Part shown: positions 51,504-62,189 of the stretch, one piece after another
How positions within the stretch are numbered: position 1 is the first letter of the stretch
Layout: each line of letters opens with the position of its first letter
Assembly: GCA_963765675.1 (NCBI GenBank)
Contig: CAVXXK010000001.1
Location: forward strand, 608,001 to 672,000
Direction of reading: 5' to 3'
Origin: an uncultured delta proteobacterium
GTDB taxonomy: Bacteria; Desulfobacterota; Binatia; Binatales; Binataceae
Length of the DNA stretch: 64,000 nucleotides
Translations under genes and position numbers: made by a program
Notes under the pieces: generated by a model
The model's database searches: none
What the model was told of the DNA's origin: nothing
The model's input: the letters and a program-made list of their open reading frames with translations, nothing else

Positions 51504-51727
51504 GTCGTGCCCCTCTTGTCCGGGCCGATCCGCAAAAGTCTAGCAATAGGTTTTTTCGTGCGCTGCGGGCAAGCGGGAAGCGCCGCACTCGCACGATTAA
51601 AGCGAGCCGAGAATGCGAATCTCCGATGCGCCCCAGTCATTGATACGCGCGGCCTGTTCATGGCATTAGGAGTTTCGAATTTGCGGCGCAGGGCGTTTTC
51701 AAGAGCGAGGAGTTAATCAGGGGGAAC

Positions 51728-52528
51728 ATGATTCTCGACTGGATTTACAACAATCCAACCTGGCTGTGGGGGACGATCCTGGTGGTGCTGTTCACCGCGT
51801 GCGCCTGCGGCGGCTTGATGGTCGTCCATCGATTGGTTCACGTCAACTTGCGCAGGGCTCACAACGATCTCGCCGGATTTACCATTGCGATTATCAGTGT
51901 GCTGTACGCTGTGCTGCTGGCGTTCATCGCGATCGCCACGTGGGAGTCTTTCGCCCGGGCATCCGACATCGTAGAGAACGAATCGGACTACGCTGGAGGC
52001 ATGTACCTCGATACCGCGGGACTGCCAAATGCCAAGGGCCAGGAAATCCGCGATGCGCTCGAGAAGTACGTCGAAGTTGTTATCGACGTGGAATGGCCGA
52101 TCCAGCGCGAAGGCAAGACGCCCGACCAGGGGTGGAAGCCGCTGCGCGACCTCGCGACGGCGATCGCGACGATACATCCGCAAAACTCCGGCGAGGCGGT
52201 GATCGAGGCGGAGCTGCTCAAATCATGGAATGAGCTCTACGATGCGCGCAGCGCCCGGCTATCGGCGGTTCAGGGGCATATTCCCGGCGTGATCTGGTGC
52301 ATTGTCATTTTCGGCGCGGCGATCACGACCGCATACACCTACTTCTTCGGTTTCGAAAACTTCGGCATGCATCTGGCGATGACAGCCACGGTCGCGGCTA
52401 CGCTCGCCCTGGTCATAGTAATGATCATCGCTCTCGACTGGCCGTTTCGCGGTGAGATCAGCGTCTCGCCCGACCCGTTCATCATGACCCAGCAGTCCTG
52501 GGCCGCCGCGCCGATCAACCAGAAATAG
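51728..52528 (+). CDS. DUF4239 / bestrophin-like membrane protein
   Basis: VLYAVLLAFIAIATWE, VIDVEWP, LDWPFRGEISVSPDPF; four TM helices. Confidence 0.8.
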   Translation: MILDWIYNNPTWLWGTILVVLFTACACGGLMVVHRLVHVNLRRAHNDLAGFTIAIISVLYAVLLAFIAIATWESFARASDIVENESDYAGGMYLDTAGLPNAKGQEIRDALEKYVEVVIDVEWPIQREGKTPDQGWKPLRDLATAIATIHPQNSGEAVIEAELLKSWNELYDARSARLSAVQGHIPGVIWCIVIFGAAITTAYTYFFGFENFGMHLAMTATVAATLALVIVMIIALDWPFRGEISVSPDPFIMTQQSWAAAPINQK

Positions 52529-52640
52529 AAAGCACGAAGCGCGTCTCGGATCGCCTTGGGCTCAATCATTGATAGGCGCGACCGGTTCGTGGCATTACAC
52601 GATCATTCCCACACTCGCGGCGGAGCACATATCAAGAGCG

Positions 52641-53831
52641 ATGAGTGCGTCAGAGAAAACGAAATCCGAGCCGACGCGCCGCGTCCAGTTCGCGTTCACG
52701 GACGAACAGGAACAGTTCCGCTCGGCGTTGCGGCGATTTCTGAATGATAAATCGCCGACCACCGAGGTTCGCCGCCTGATGGCCACCGCCGAGGGTTACA
52801 ACCCCGACGTGTGGCGCCAGTTGAGCGAGGAACTCGCACTGCCCGGGATCCAGATTCCGGAGCAATACGGCGGCGCGGGGTTCGGCATGGTCGAGCTGTG
52901 TATCGTTACCGAGGAGCTCGGCCGCGCATTGCTGTGCGCGCCCTATTTCTCCACCACGGTACTCGCGGCCAACGCGATACTGAACGCGGGAACCGAAGCG
53001 CAGAAATCGACCTTGTTGCCGGACCTTGCCAGCGGCGCGCGGCTTGCGACGCTCGCGGTCACCGAGCCAAGCGGCAACTGGGATCCGCGTGCGATCGAAC
53101 TCGTCGCTACGCCGGTCGCTGACGGCTATCTTCTTGACGGAACCAAAAGCTACGTCGTCGATGGGCACGTGGCCGATCTGCTGATCGTCGCCGCGCGTGT
53201 CGGCGCGAAAGGCGGCGATGAGGGTTTGGCGCTATTCACCCTCGCCGCGGATTCGACTGGCGTTGAACGGCGCCTGCTGGAATCGATGGATCCGACGCGC
53301 AAGATCGCGCGGATCGATTTTCATCGCGCACATGCGGAGCTACTCGGCAGTCCGGATGACGGCGGAAAGGCGATTATCCGTACGCTCGACCAGGCGGCCA
53401 TCGCGCTGGCGAATGAAATGGTCGGCGGCGCGCAGGCGATGCTCGAGTCGGCGGTGGATTACGCGAAGCTGCGAGTTCAGTTCGGGCGAACGATCGGTTC
53501 GTTCCAGGCGATCAAGCATAGATGCGCTGACATGCTGCTCGATGTCGAGCTTGCCAAGTCGGCCGCATACTACGGCGCGCAAGCCGCCGCGATCGACGAT
53601 CCGGAGTGGCCCGCGATGGCATCGCTGGCGAAAGCCGCGGCGTCGGATACCTACCTCCGCACTGCTGCCGAATGCATCCAGATTCACGGCGGTATCGGCT
53701 TCACCTGGGACAATGACACGCATCTCTGGTTCAAACGCGCCAAAAGCTCCGAGGTGTTTCTCGGCCAACCGCATTATCATCGGGAACTCCTGATGCAACG
53801 CTGGGGAGTTTGCCCTGGGGAGTCAGAGTGA
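52641..53831 (+). CDS. Acyl-CoA dehydrogenase family protein (partner subunit type)
   Basis: FTDEQEQF, IPEQYGGAG, RVQFGRTIGSFQAIKH, IQIHGGIGFTW. Confidence 0.92.
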   Translation: MSASEKTKSEPTRRVQFAFTDEQEQFRSALRRFLNDKSPTTEVRRLMATAEGYNPDVWRQLSEELALPGIQIPEQYGGAGFGMVELCIVTEELGRALLCAPYFSTTVLAANAILNAGTEAQKSTLLPDLASGARLATLAVTEPSGNWDPRAIELVATPVADGYLLDGTKSYVVDGHVADLLIVAARVGAKGGDEGLALFTLAADSTGVERRLLESMDPTRKIARIDFHRAHAELLGSPDDGGKAIIRTLDQAAIALANEMVGGAQAMLESAVDYAKLRVQFGRTIGSFQAIKHRCADMLLDVELAKSAAYYGAQAAAIDDPEWPAMASLAKAAASDTYLRTAAECIQIHGGIGFTWDNDTHLWFKRAKSSEVFLGQPHYHRELLMQRWGVCPGESE

Positions 53832-55075
53832 TGAGCAAGATCAGCGAAAGCGAAGTGCGAGCCGAGGTGCGTGCGTGGCTCGCGGCCAACTGGGATCCCG
53901 AGATGTCGCTCGTGACTTGGCGCAACAAGCTCGCCGATTCCGGCTGGGGGATGCCGCAATGGCCGGAGGCATGGTATGGCCGCGGCCTGCCTGTAGCCCT
54001 CGCGCGCGTGGTCGAGGAGGAATTTGCGGCGGTGGGTGCGGTCGGCGCCGCGAAAACCGGAGTCCGGCTGCTGGCGGCGGCGACGCTGCTCGAGCATGGA
54101 TCGGATGCGCAGAAAAAAAAGCTCCTGCGCCGCATCCTCACCGGTGAAGACAACTGGTGCCAGCTTTTCAGCGAGCCGGGCAGCGGCTCTGACCTCGCCG
54201 GAGCTACCACCCGGGCCGAATTGGTGGGCGACCATTGGATCGTCAACGGACAGAAGGTGTGGACCACGAGCGCGCATCATGCCGACCACGGCCTGTTGCT
54301 CGCCCGGACCGACTGGGACGCGCCCAAGCACGAGGGGCTGTCGTATTTTGTGATCGACATCAAACAGCCCGGCGTAGACGTGCAGCCGCTCAAGCAGATG
54401 AACGGGCACGCGTCGTTCAACCAGGTGTTCTTCACCGACGCGACGATTCCGGCCGAGAACCTGGTCGGCGGCGTCGGCGACGGCTGGAAGATCGCGATGA
54501 CGACGCTCGCGCACGAACGTCGCGGCGCCGACGGGCTGAGCTCGCCGTCACGGCGCAAGGCGCGCACCGGACGGATCCACGCCGAGGAGCGGGCGGAGCT
54601 CGAAATCGCGAACCAGCCTTACACCTGGTATCCGCAGCGCGCGGGCCGCGTGGACCTGGTGATCGAGCGCGCCAAGGAGACCGGCGCGAACAAGGATCCG
54701 GTCGTGCGCCAGGAGATCGCCAAGCTGATGATCATGGCGAAGTCCGCCGAATGGACCGCGCGCCGCGCGCGCGCCGCCCAGCAACAAGGGCGTCCGCAGG
54801 GTCCGGAAGGTTCGCTCGGAAAGCTCGCCGCCAGCAACGTCGCGCGCGCCGCCGCCCGCGTGCATACGATGATCACCGGCGCCGCGGCGATGCTCACCGG
54901 GCCGAAGAGCCCGCGCGACGGAATCATCGCGGAGATTCTGGTCTCGGTGCCCGCGGTCTCGATCGCCGGAGGCACCGACGAGATTCAGCGCAACATTATC
55001 GCCGAGCGCGTGCTCGCCTTACCCAAGGAACCGCGTTTCGACACCGGCCCATTCCGCAACGTGCGCAAGAACTAA
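53831..55075 (+). CDS. Acyl-CoA dehydrogenase family protein
   Basis: WCQLFSEPGSGSDLA, NGQKVWT, FNQVFF, IAGGTDEIQRNIIAERVL; translationally coupled to the previous gene. Confidence 0.93.
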   Translation: MSKISESEVRAEVRAWLAANWDPEMSLVTWRNKLADSGWGMPQWPEAWYGRGLPVALARVVEEEFAAVGAVGAAKTGVRLLAAATLLEHGSDAQKKKLLRRILTGEDNWCQLFSEPGSGSDLAGATTRAELVGDHWIVNGQKVWTTSAHHADHGLLLARTDWDAPKHEGLSYFVIDIKQPGVDVQPLKQMNGHASFNQVFFTDATIPAENLVGGVGDGWKIAMTTLAHERRGADGLSSPSRRKARTGRIHAEERAELEIANQPYTWYPQRAGRVDLVIERAKETGANKDPVVRQEIAKLMIMAKSAEWTARRARAAQQQGRPQGPEGSLGKLAASNVARAAARVHTMITGAAAMLTGPKSPRDGIIAEILVSVPAVSIAGGTDEIQRNIIAERVLALPKEPRFDTGPFRNVRKN

Positions 55076-55110
55076 CCGCGCTCTGACGCGATTTGCCCGC
55101 GGAGCAAGCC

Positions 55111-56010
55111 ATGGCGCATAGCGAACAGCCGATCGTCGCAATGATCGGTGCGGGCGAAATGGGAGCGGCTGTAGGACGGCGGCTCAAGCTGCGCGGAGCG
55201 CACGTTCTGATTTCTGTCAAAGGGCGCAGTTCCGAGAGCGAACGGCGAGTGCGCCGCGCGGGGCTGGAGATCGTCGATGACGACGCGGCGCTCGTGCGCA
55301 ACGCGGACTTCGTGCTGTCGATCGTGCCGCCGGGAGTGGCGGTCGAAATCGCGCGGCGCTATCGAGGCGCGCTCGACGCGGCCGCGAAAAATCCGATCTT
55401 CGCCGATTGCAACGCGATTTCACCGGCGACCGCGCGCCGTATCGGCGAGGTCCTTTCAGGATGCAAGTGCCGTTACGTCGATGCGGGAATAATCGGAGGT
55501 CCGCCGCCTGAAGATCTGAACGCCGCCGGCCCGCGCTTTTATGCGTCGGGGGGCCACGCCCGCGACTTCGCAGATCTCGCGCGCTTTGGACTGGACATCG
55601 CGGTGCTCGACGGTCCGATCGGCGCGGCCTCGGGTCTGAAGCTCAGCTATGCCGGCCTGACCAAGGGCAGCATCGCGCTGGGCGCGGCGATGATCGCCGC
55701 CGCCTCGCGCGACGGACTTGCCGACGCGCTGCGGGACGAGCTCGCACGCAGCCAGCCACAGATACTCGGCCGGCTTGCGCGCCAGGTTCCCGCGATGTTC
55801 CCGAAGGCACATCGATGGGTTGCCGAGATGAGAGAGATCGCGGAATTTCTGGATGGCGACGATCGCGGCGCAATGATCTACGAAGGCGCCGCCCGCCTGT
55901 ACGATCGAATCGCCGCGGAGAATTCGCACGACGAACAAGCCGAGGGCATCCGCGCGCTCGCGGACTTCTGCTCCACCGCGATCGAGTCAACGCGCAAATC
56001 GCCGAAATAG
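55111..56010 (+). CDS. NAD(P)-dependent oxidoreductase, 6PGD-like with DUF1932
   Basis: IGAGEMG, DCNAISP, GIIGGPP, ASGLKLSYAGLTKG, KAHRWVAEMREIA. Confidence 0.85.
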   Translation: MAHSEQPIVAMIGAGEMGAAVGRRLKLRGAHVLISVKGRSSESERRVRRAGLEIVDDDAALVRNADFVLSIVPPGVAVEIARRYRGALDAAAKNPIFADCNAISPATARRIGEVLSGCKCRYVDAGIIGGPPPEDLNAAGPRFYASGGHARDFADLARFGLDIAVLDGPIGAASGLKLSYAGLTKGSIALGAAMIAAASRDGLADALRDELARSQPQILGRLARQVPAMFPKAHRWVAEMREIAEFLDGDDRGAMIYEGAARLYDRIAAENSHDEQAEGIRALADFCSTAIESTRKSPK

Positions 56011-56023
56011 AATTTTTAGAAGC

Positions 56024-56782
56024 CTATTTTCCTTTCCAATTCGGTTGCCGCTTCTGGGCGAACGCGAGGCCGCCCTCGCGCGAGTCTTCGGTCTTTAGCA
56101 GCAGCTCGTATCCCTCGCGCTCGAGGCGCAGGCCTTCGGCGAGCGGGAGGTCGAGACCGCGCATCGCCACGCGCTTGATTTGCTGCACGGCCAGCGGTGC
56201 CGATTTGCAGATCTCTCCCGCAATCTCGTCGCACTTGATCATGAGCTGGTTCATCGGAACGACGTGATCAACCAGGCCGAGCCGCAGCGCTTCATGGGCG
56301 TCGATTCGATTGCCGGTGTATAGCATCTGCAGCGCGCGTCCGAGCGGAATCAGCCGCGGCAGACGCTGAGTACCTCCGCCACCGGGCAGCCATCCTAGCC
56401 GAACTTCTCCGAAACCGAACTGCGCATGCTCGGCCGCGACGCGAATGTCGCAGGCGAGGGCCTGCTCGAGGCCGCCGCCGTTGGCGTGGCCGTTGATCGC
56501 CGCGATTACGGGCTTATGCAGTTCGAGCATCACGGGAAACGGCGACTTTCCCACGGCTTTGCCGCGTCCTTCGACGTAGTTCGATTTCACGTCGCTGCCG
56601 GCGCAGAATGCCCGCTCGCCCGCACCGGTCAGAATCGCGACCAGCAGCTTCGGGTCGTCGCGAAACTCGGTCCAGATTTCGGCCAGCCGATTGTAGGTTT
56701 CAAAATCGCAGGCGTTGAGCCGCTCCGGGCGATTGATCGTAACGCGCGCGATCGGGCCGTCTTTGTCGAAAATCACCTTCAT
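56024..56782 (-). CDS. Enoyl-CoA hydratase/isomerase
   Basis: TINRPERLNA, AFCAGSD, KPVIAAING...GGGLE..LACDIR, PGGGGTQRLPR. Confidence 0.95.
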   Translation of the reverse strand: MKVIFDKDGPIARVTINRPERLNACDFETYNRLAEIWTEFRDDPKLLVAILTGAGERAFCAGSDVKSNYVEGRGKAVGKSPFPVMLELHKPVIAAINGHANGGGLEQALACDIRVAAEHAQFGFGEVRLGWLPGGGGTQRLPRLIPLGRALQMLYTGNRIDAHEALRLGLVDHVVPMNQLMIKCDEIAGEICKSAPLAVQQIKRVAMRGLDLPLAEGLRLEREGYELLLKTEDSREGGLAFAQKRQPNWKGK

Positions 56783-56817
56783 CGAAATATTCCTTGAATT
56801 GCTCCTCGGCTCGCCAC

Positions 56818-58011
56818 TCAGCTCGATTCAGACGAGCCCAGCACTTCGGTCAATCCGAACGCGCTGCGGCCGAGAAATTCGAGGCTCTCGTCGCTGTCGA
56901 GCGGATGATAAAGGCCGGCGCGCACGTCGCGAAACAGACGCTCGAGCGGCAGACGCTTGAAGTACGACGCGCCGCCGACGGCGCGCAGGGCCAGATCCAC
57001 CACCCGCACCGAATTTTCCACCGCGATCATGCGGGCGGCCACCGCCTTGCGCGACCAGCTTACCGGATCGTCGCGATCGACTTCCGCCGCCGCCTTCCAC
57101 ATCGCGGCGCGCGCGCCTTCGATCAGGAGATCCATCTCGCCGACCTTGTTGTAGACACTCGGCAGATGGCTCATCGGATGCTTGAGCGGGTAGCGTTTGC
57201 GATCGCGCATGAACTCGACGGTGAAATTGCGCGCGGCGAGCGCGATTCCAATATACGGCGCGCCGATCGCGAACGGCGCCTTGGCGAATACCTTGGTGAC
57301 GCGGCCGCTGCGGGAAACCGGCCGCTGCAACACCACCGCGGACTCCGGCACAAACGCGTCGATCAGCTCCGAGCTGCGCGACTGGGTCGATCGCATCCCC
57401 ATCACGTCCCAATCATCCTTGAACGAGAGTCCCGGCGTCTCGCGCGGCGCGACGTAGCAGGTGATGATTGCCGCGCGCTCGGGCGCGTCGTCCCATACGG
57501 CCTCGAAAAAGAATAGATCCGCCGCGATACTCTGGGTGCCGAAGATCTTGCGCCCGTTGACGATCCATCCGCCCTCGACGCGGCGCGCGGCGGTGCGCGG
57601 ACGGAGATTGATCACCGCGTTGTCGGGCTCCGAGCCCGAGCCGGCGCAAATCAGGCGCTCCTTCACGATCCGGTAGAGCTTCTCTTCGACGTTGGGAGCC
57701 TTGAACTTGCGATACAGGTCGCACAGCAATCCCACCGTGTTGAAATGCATGTTGATCGCAAGCGCGGTCGCGCCGCATCCTTCAGCCAGTCGTTCCTGCG
57801 CCTTGATTCGCTCGAGCAGCGTCGCGCCCATCCCGCCGAATTTTTCCGGAATGGTGAGTATCGTGTAGCCGCTGTCCTTGAGCCGCGCGTAGTTCTCGTG
57901 CGGAAACGACGCGTCCCGATCGTGCTCGGCCGCGCGCGTGGCGAAATCGTCGGCGAGGCCGGCGGCGAGATCGATGAAGCGCTGCTCGCGTTCGGTATTG
58001 ATCTGGTTCAT
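56818..58011 (-). CDS. Acyl-CoA dehydrogenase family protein (YdbM/DszC-like)
   Basis: RAAEHDRDASFP, NGRKIF, DWDVMGMRSTQS, LERLFRDVRAG. Confidence 0.88.
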   Translation of the reverse strand: MNQINTEREQRFIDLAAGLADDFATRAAEHDRDASFPHENYARLKDSGYTILTIPEKFGGMGATLLERIKAQERLAEGCGATALAINMHFNTVGLLCDLYRKFKAPNVEEKLYRIVKERLICAGSGSEPDNAVINLRPRTAARRVEGGWIVNGRKIFGTQSIAADLFFFEAVWDDAPERAAIITCYVAPRETPGLSFKDDWDVMGMRSTQSRSSELIDAFVPESAVVLQRPVSRSGRVTKVFAKAPFAIGAPYIGIALAARNFTVEFMRDRKRYPLKHPMSHLPSVYNKVGEMDLLIEGARAAMWKAAAEVDRDDPVSWSRKAVAARMIAVENSVRVVDLALRAVGGASYFKRLPLERLFRDVRAGLYHPLDSDESLEFLGRSAFGLTEVLGSSESS

Positions 58012-58020
58012 CGCGTCGCC

Positions 58021-58878
58021 TCAGGACCAGGCGTCGTGGCCGGGCATATAGTTCATATTGTTCTGCGACGGATTGCGGTTCACGAGCGGGCGCATGAACA
58101 ACGGATGGCGCATGCTGCGCACCTCGTGCTCGATCGTGAAAAGCGCCGAACCGGTTTCCGGGTCGGTGATATCCTTGAATCGATACTGATGCTGGTCACT
58201 CTCCTCGCTGACAAGACCGTGCTCCTTGAGTGCTCGATGCGGTCCGGAAAAATCGGCGACGTAAACCTGCACATGATGGCCGTCGTAAGCGGGTATCTCG
58301 CGTTCGGTTTCGCGAAAGATGAACTGTTGCCCGATTCCGACCGGCACTTGCGCGTGCCGTCGACCGCGGTCTTCCGCGCTCGTCGCCGGGGCGCGCATGG
58401 TCTGGCGATAAAACCGCGCGATCCCGTCGGCTGTGCCCTCGGGAACGGTGAACTCGACATACGCGATGCCGAGCCGCATCGCGCCGTTATTTGATTCGGG
58501 GAAATGGCATCGGATCCGGTTACCCCACGGACATATCGTATCGACGAACGATTCGTGTTCGTGAAAATCGAAACGCGTGCCGTCGAGCCTCTTGCGCAAA
58601 CGGGTAAGCCGCCTCACCAGCGCCTCGCGATCGGGCAGCACAAGACCCACGTGGCCGCGCAGCACCTGCGCCGGACCGGTAGGCAGATGGAACTGGCTGC
58701 GCCCGACATTGACCCACATATTGCTGACGCTGGTCATCAGGTAGGGGTCGCGGGTCAGCCCGAGTCCGGCGATGTAGTACAAAGTGGCGAGCTGCTGATC
58801 AGGAGCGGTGACGTTGACGTGCTCGAGCGCAACGATGTTGCCGAGATCCTCGGCGGCTCGATCGAATTGACCGTCCAT
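58021..58878 (-). CDS. VOC-fold conserved hypothetical protein
   Basis: LEHVNV, GLTRDPY, WVNVGRSQFHLP, YDGHHVQVY; start ATG 58878 after GGAGG. Confidence 0.7.
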   Translation of the reverse strand: MDGQFDRAAEDLGNIVALEHVNVTAPDQQLATLYYIAGLGLTRDPYLMTSVSNMWVNVGRSQFHLPTGPAQVLRGHVGLVLPDREALVRRLTRLRKRLDGTRFDFHEHESFVDTICPWGNRIRCHFPESNNGAMRLGIAYVEFTVPEGTADGIARFYRQTMRAPATSAEDRGRRHAQVPVGIGQQFIFRETEREIPAYDGHHVQVYVADFSGPHRALKEHGLVSEESDQHQYRFKDITDPETGSALFTIEHEVRSMRHPLFMRPLVNRNPSQNNMNYMPGHDAWS

Positions 58879-59033
58879 GTGCCTTCCTCCAATCGCGCGG
58901 CGGGCGCGGGGTATCATCAGAGCGGATTTACCACGAAGAGCGGCGGCGCGTCGAAGGGCGCGTCGCTCAGAATGGATCACCCCAATCGGCAGCTGGTCGT
59001 CCTGTCCAGCCGGGCGAGGCATAATCTGGCGTC

Positions 59034-60848
59034 ATGCAGACTATGAATGCGGTCCAGGCTGAGCCGCTTCTGATCTATGACGGTGATTGCGGGTTCTGCA
59101 TTTACTGGGTGCGGTATTGGCAGAAACTCACCGGCGATAAGGTGGCATACGCGCCGTACCAGGAAGTTGCCGCACAATATCCAGATATCCCGGTGGCCGC
59201 GTTCCAGCGTGCCGTTCAATACGTTGCGGCGGACGGAAAAATCGCGAGCGGCGCCGAAGCCTGTTTCCTTGTCTTGAGCCACGCGAACGGCAAAAAGGTC
59301 TGGCTGGCGCTTTATCGGCATCTTCCAGGGTTCGCTGCGATCGCCGAGCGCTCGTACGCTTTTGCCGCTTCGCATCGTTCCGCGTTTTACCGGCCGAGCC
59401 TATGGCTATGGGGATCGGATCATGAGCCGGCGCGTTTCGATCTGATCGCGTGGCTGTTCCTGCGAGCGATGGGGCTAATCTATTTTGCGGCCTTTGTTTC
59501 ATTCGGCGTGCAGGCGTTGGGACTGATCGGCAGCCACGGCATCCTGCCGCTGTCCGAATTCACCGCCGCCGTCCGAAGCCAGCTCGGCCCGGAAGGCTAC
59601 TGGCGATTTCCGATGGTGTTCTGGCTCGGCCAGAGCGATTTTGCGATCCAGGCGATATGCTGGACTGGAGCCGCGTTGTCGCTGTTGCTGATTTTCAACC
59701 TGCTGCCGCGTTTGAGCCTGTTCTTTCTCTACGCATTTTATCTCTCTCTGTTTTACGCCGGACAGATCTTCATGGGCTTTCAGTGGGACGTGCTGCTGCT
59801 CGAGTCCGGCTTCCTTGCGCTTATTCTGAGCTTCGCGACCGAGCCGGGCATATGGCTGCTGCGCTGGCTCTTGTTCCGTTTCATGTTTCTTTCGGGTGCG
59901 GTCAAGCTTCTGAGCCGCGACCCCACTTGGGCTAATCTCTCGGCGCTCTCCTATTATTTTCAGACCGAGCCGCTGCCGACGCCGCTCGCCTGGTACGCGC
60001 ATCACCTGCCGCACGCCATCCTCAGCGCGGCAACGGTGGCGACCTTTATCATTGAACTGGGACTCCCGTTCCTGATCTTCTTTCCGCGGCGGCTCAAGTT
60101 CGTCGCGGCGTTCGGCATCCTGTTGCTGCAGGTCGTGATCCTCCTGACGGGCAACTACGCTTTTTTCAATCTTCTGACGATGGCCTTGTGCCTGGTGCTG
60201 TTTGATGACGCCGCGATACGCAAGGTTCTTCCGGATCGCCTGACGCGATTCGTGCGCGCGCGCGTCCGGGATATCCAGCCGGGAAAGATTGTTTCTTTTG
60301 CCGCCGGAGCGTTCGCGCTGTTAATTGTGTTCGTGAGCTTGGTCCAGATTCACGCCGTGTTCGGCGGACGAAGCTCCGCTGCGGCCGACTGGATCAAAGA
60401 CGAAATTGCGCCATTCCGGATCGTCAATACCTACGGCTTGTTCGCGGTGATGACGACCGCGCGGCCGGAAATTATCGTCGAGGGTTCGGGTGATGCCGTT
60501 CACTGGCGCGAATACTCATTCAAGTACAAACCGGGCGACGTCATGCGAAGACCGCGATGGAACTTTCCGCATCAACCGCGACTCGACTGGCAGATGTGGT
60601 TTGCCGCTTTAGGGACGGAATCGGAAAGCCCCTGGTTCTCGATGTTCTTGCAGCGGTTGCTGGAAAATTCGCCGGAGGTGACGGCTCTACTCGGCAACAA
60701 TCCGTTCCCTCACAATCCTCCTCGCTATGTCCGGGCGTTGCTGTACGACTATCGTTATTCCAGCCCTAAAGAAAAAGAAGACACGGGAGCGTGGTGGGTG
60801 CGGCAGCCGGAAGGAATTTATTTTCCCGCGATCGGTCTGGGATCGTAA
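59034..60848 (+). CDS. Lipase maturation factor (LMF) family membrane protein with an N-terminal DCC1/DUF393 domain
   Basis: LIYDGDCGFC; FQWDVLLLESGF, YFQTEPLPTP, TGNYAFFN, YGLFAVMT, HQPRLDWQMWFAA. Confidence 0.9.
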   Translation: MQTMNAVQAEPLLIYDGDCGFCIYWVRYWQKLTGDKVAYAPYQEVAAQYPDIPVAAFQRAVQYVAADGKIASGAEACFLVLSHANGKKVWLALYRHLPGFAAIAERSYAFAASHRSAFYRPSLWLWGSDHEPARFDLIAWLFLRAMGLIYFAAFVSFGVQALGLIGSHGILPLSEFTAAVRSQLGPEGYWRFPMVFWLGQSDFAIQAICWTGAALSLLLIFNLLPRLSLFFLYAFYLSLFYAGQIFMGFQWDVLLLESGFLALILSFATEPGIWLLRWLLFRFMFLSGAVKLLSRDPTWANLSALSYYFQTEPLPTPLAWYAHHLPHAILSAATVATFIIELGLPFLIFFPRRLKFVAAFGILLLQVVILLTGNYAFFNLLTMALCLVLFDDAAIRKVLPDRLTRFVRARVRDIQPGKIVSFAAGAFALLIVFVSLVQIHAVFGGRSSAAADWIKDEIAPFRIVNTYGLFAVMTTARPEIIVEGSGDAVHWREYSFKYKPGDVMRRPRWNFPHQPRLDWQMWFAALGTESESPWFSMFLQRLLENSPEVTALLGNNPFPHNPPRYVRALLYDYRYSSPKEKEDTGAWWVRQPEGIYFPAIGLGS

Positions 60849-60956
60849 GTTCCCCTCGCTTCGAGGCGGTCGATTTTTTTCAAAACCTCCATTGTTGTCA
60901 TCCTGCCATGAAAGTGTGGGGCGACGAGTATCGCATTCTCCGCCGGGCCGATGATC

Positions 60957-61070
60957 GTCATTCGGAGCCCTGGGCGAGGAATCCCGAGGCGTCCATGCTC
61001 TGAGTCCACGCCTCACGCAGCGCCCTCTCGTTCGGGATTCCTCGCGCGGCAGCCACGCGCGGGAATGACA
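60957..61070. repeat. REPIN-like palindromic repeat, copy D, followed by a GTAG REP at 61086-61109
   Basis: GTCATTC...GCGAGGAATCCCG...CGGGATTCCTCGCGCGGCAGCCACGCGCGGGAATGACA. Confidence 0.8.
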
Positions 61071-61232
61071 ACGGGACCTGTTTTCGTAGGGGCGGCTCGC
61101 GAGCCGCCCGTCGTTCGCGCCGCCTCTCGCTACACGCTAACTTTCGTCCCGGGTGGCGGGTCCTCCGGACCCGCGAAGTTCTGAGCCGCATGCGAAGGAT
61201 GACGGACAGGAATTCGGGATTTATCTACGGCA

Positions 61233-62108
61233 TCACTTCCCGAGTGGCGCTGAGTGAGTGGCGTCCCCGCCAGAGAGAAAGTGCAGCACCGCCTCGTTGA
61301 ACATGACCGGATCCTGAATGAACGCGAAATGGCTGACTCCGGGGAGGATCAGCTCGCCGGAACCGGGGATCAATCCGGCCATGTGATCAGGAGCCTCGCG
61401 CTTGATCGCCTCATCGTGATCCGCATCGACGATCCAGGTCGGCACCGTGATGTGGCTCAACTGATCGTCGGACAAATTCGGCTTGCCCGTCCACAATTGC
61501 TCGACGGTTGCGCGAAAAGCGTTGTACTGCGTGGGGGTCGGCGAGAGCTGCGCATACTCCGTCGCGGCACGCTCAAAAAAAGCGGTGAACACGGGGCTCT
61601 TGCTCAAATCCTTCACCTGCGACGGATCGGAATTGGCGGCAAAGGCGAACAGTCGCGTCACGCGCTCCGGATGATGAATTGCGATCTCGAGACCGATGAT
61701 CGCTCCGTCACTCCATCCGACCAGAGCGGCCTTGCGGATGTGCAGATAGTCCATCAAGCCGAGAACATCCGACGCCATCAGTTGATAGCGCAGCGGCGTG
61801 TCGCTTCGGGTGCTGCGTCCGTGTCCGCGGCTATCCAGGACGATCACGTGGTAGTGCTCGGCAAGGACCGGCACCTGCAATCCCCAGTAATTTGAATTCG
61901 CGAGGCCGCCGTGGACCAGGATGACCGGCTCGCCGTGGCCAAACTCCGCGTACCACAAGCGGATGCCGTTAACCGGCGCGATGCCGCTGGCCTCGGGCTT
62001 GGGCAGCGTCGGCGTCGGCGGCAGGCGCATCCACGGATATTGCGCGGCCGCGGGCCGCGCCACCGCGAGCGCAACAAACATCAAGAGGATAATAAAAAAA
62101 CGCCGCAT
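61233..62108 (-). CDS. Secreted alpha/beta hydrolase
   Basis: Signal peptide, LVHGGL, DSRGHGRS, GWSDG, DHDE, SHFA. Confidence 0.9.
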   Translation of the reverse strand: MRRFFIILLMFVALAVARPAAAQYPWMRLPPTPTLPKPEASGIAPVNGIRLWYAEFGHGEPVILVHGGLANSNYWGLQVPVLAEHYHVIVLDSRGHGRSTRSDTPLRYQLMASDVLGLMDYLHIRKAALVGWSDGAIIGLEIAIHHPERVTRLFAFAANSDPSQVKDLSKSPVFTAFFERAATEYAQLSPTPTQYNAFRATVEQLWTGKPNLSDDQLSHITVPTWIVDADHDEAIKREAPDHMAGLIPGSGELILPGVSHFAFIQDPVMFNEAVLHFLSGGDATHSAPLGK

Positions 62109-62189
62109 TTGTGATCCACAACTAGCTACTACAAGCCCGTACTCACTGAAATGCTTTCGCATCGCTGAGACTCGTCGGTCCTGTCGTCA

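Noticed and set aside
51728-52528. Bestrophin-like protein as part of the fluoride system
   Set aside because: 10 kb away on the opposite strand, with no riboswitch upstream.
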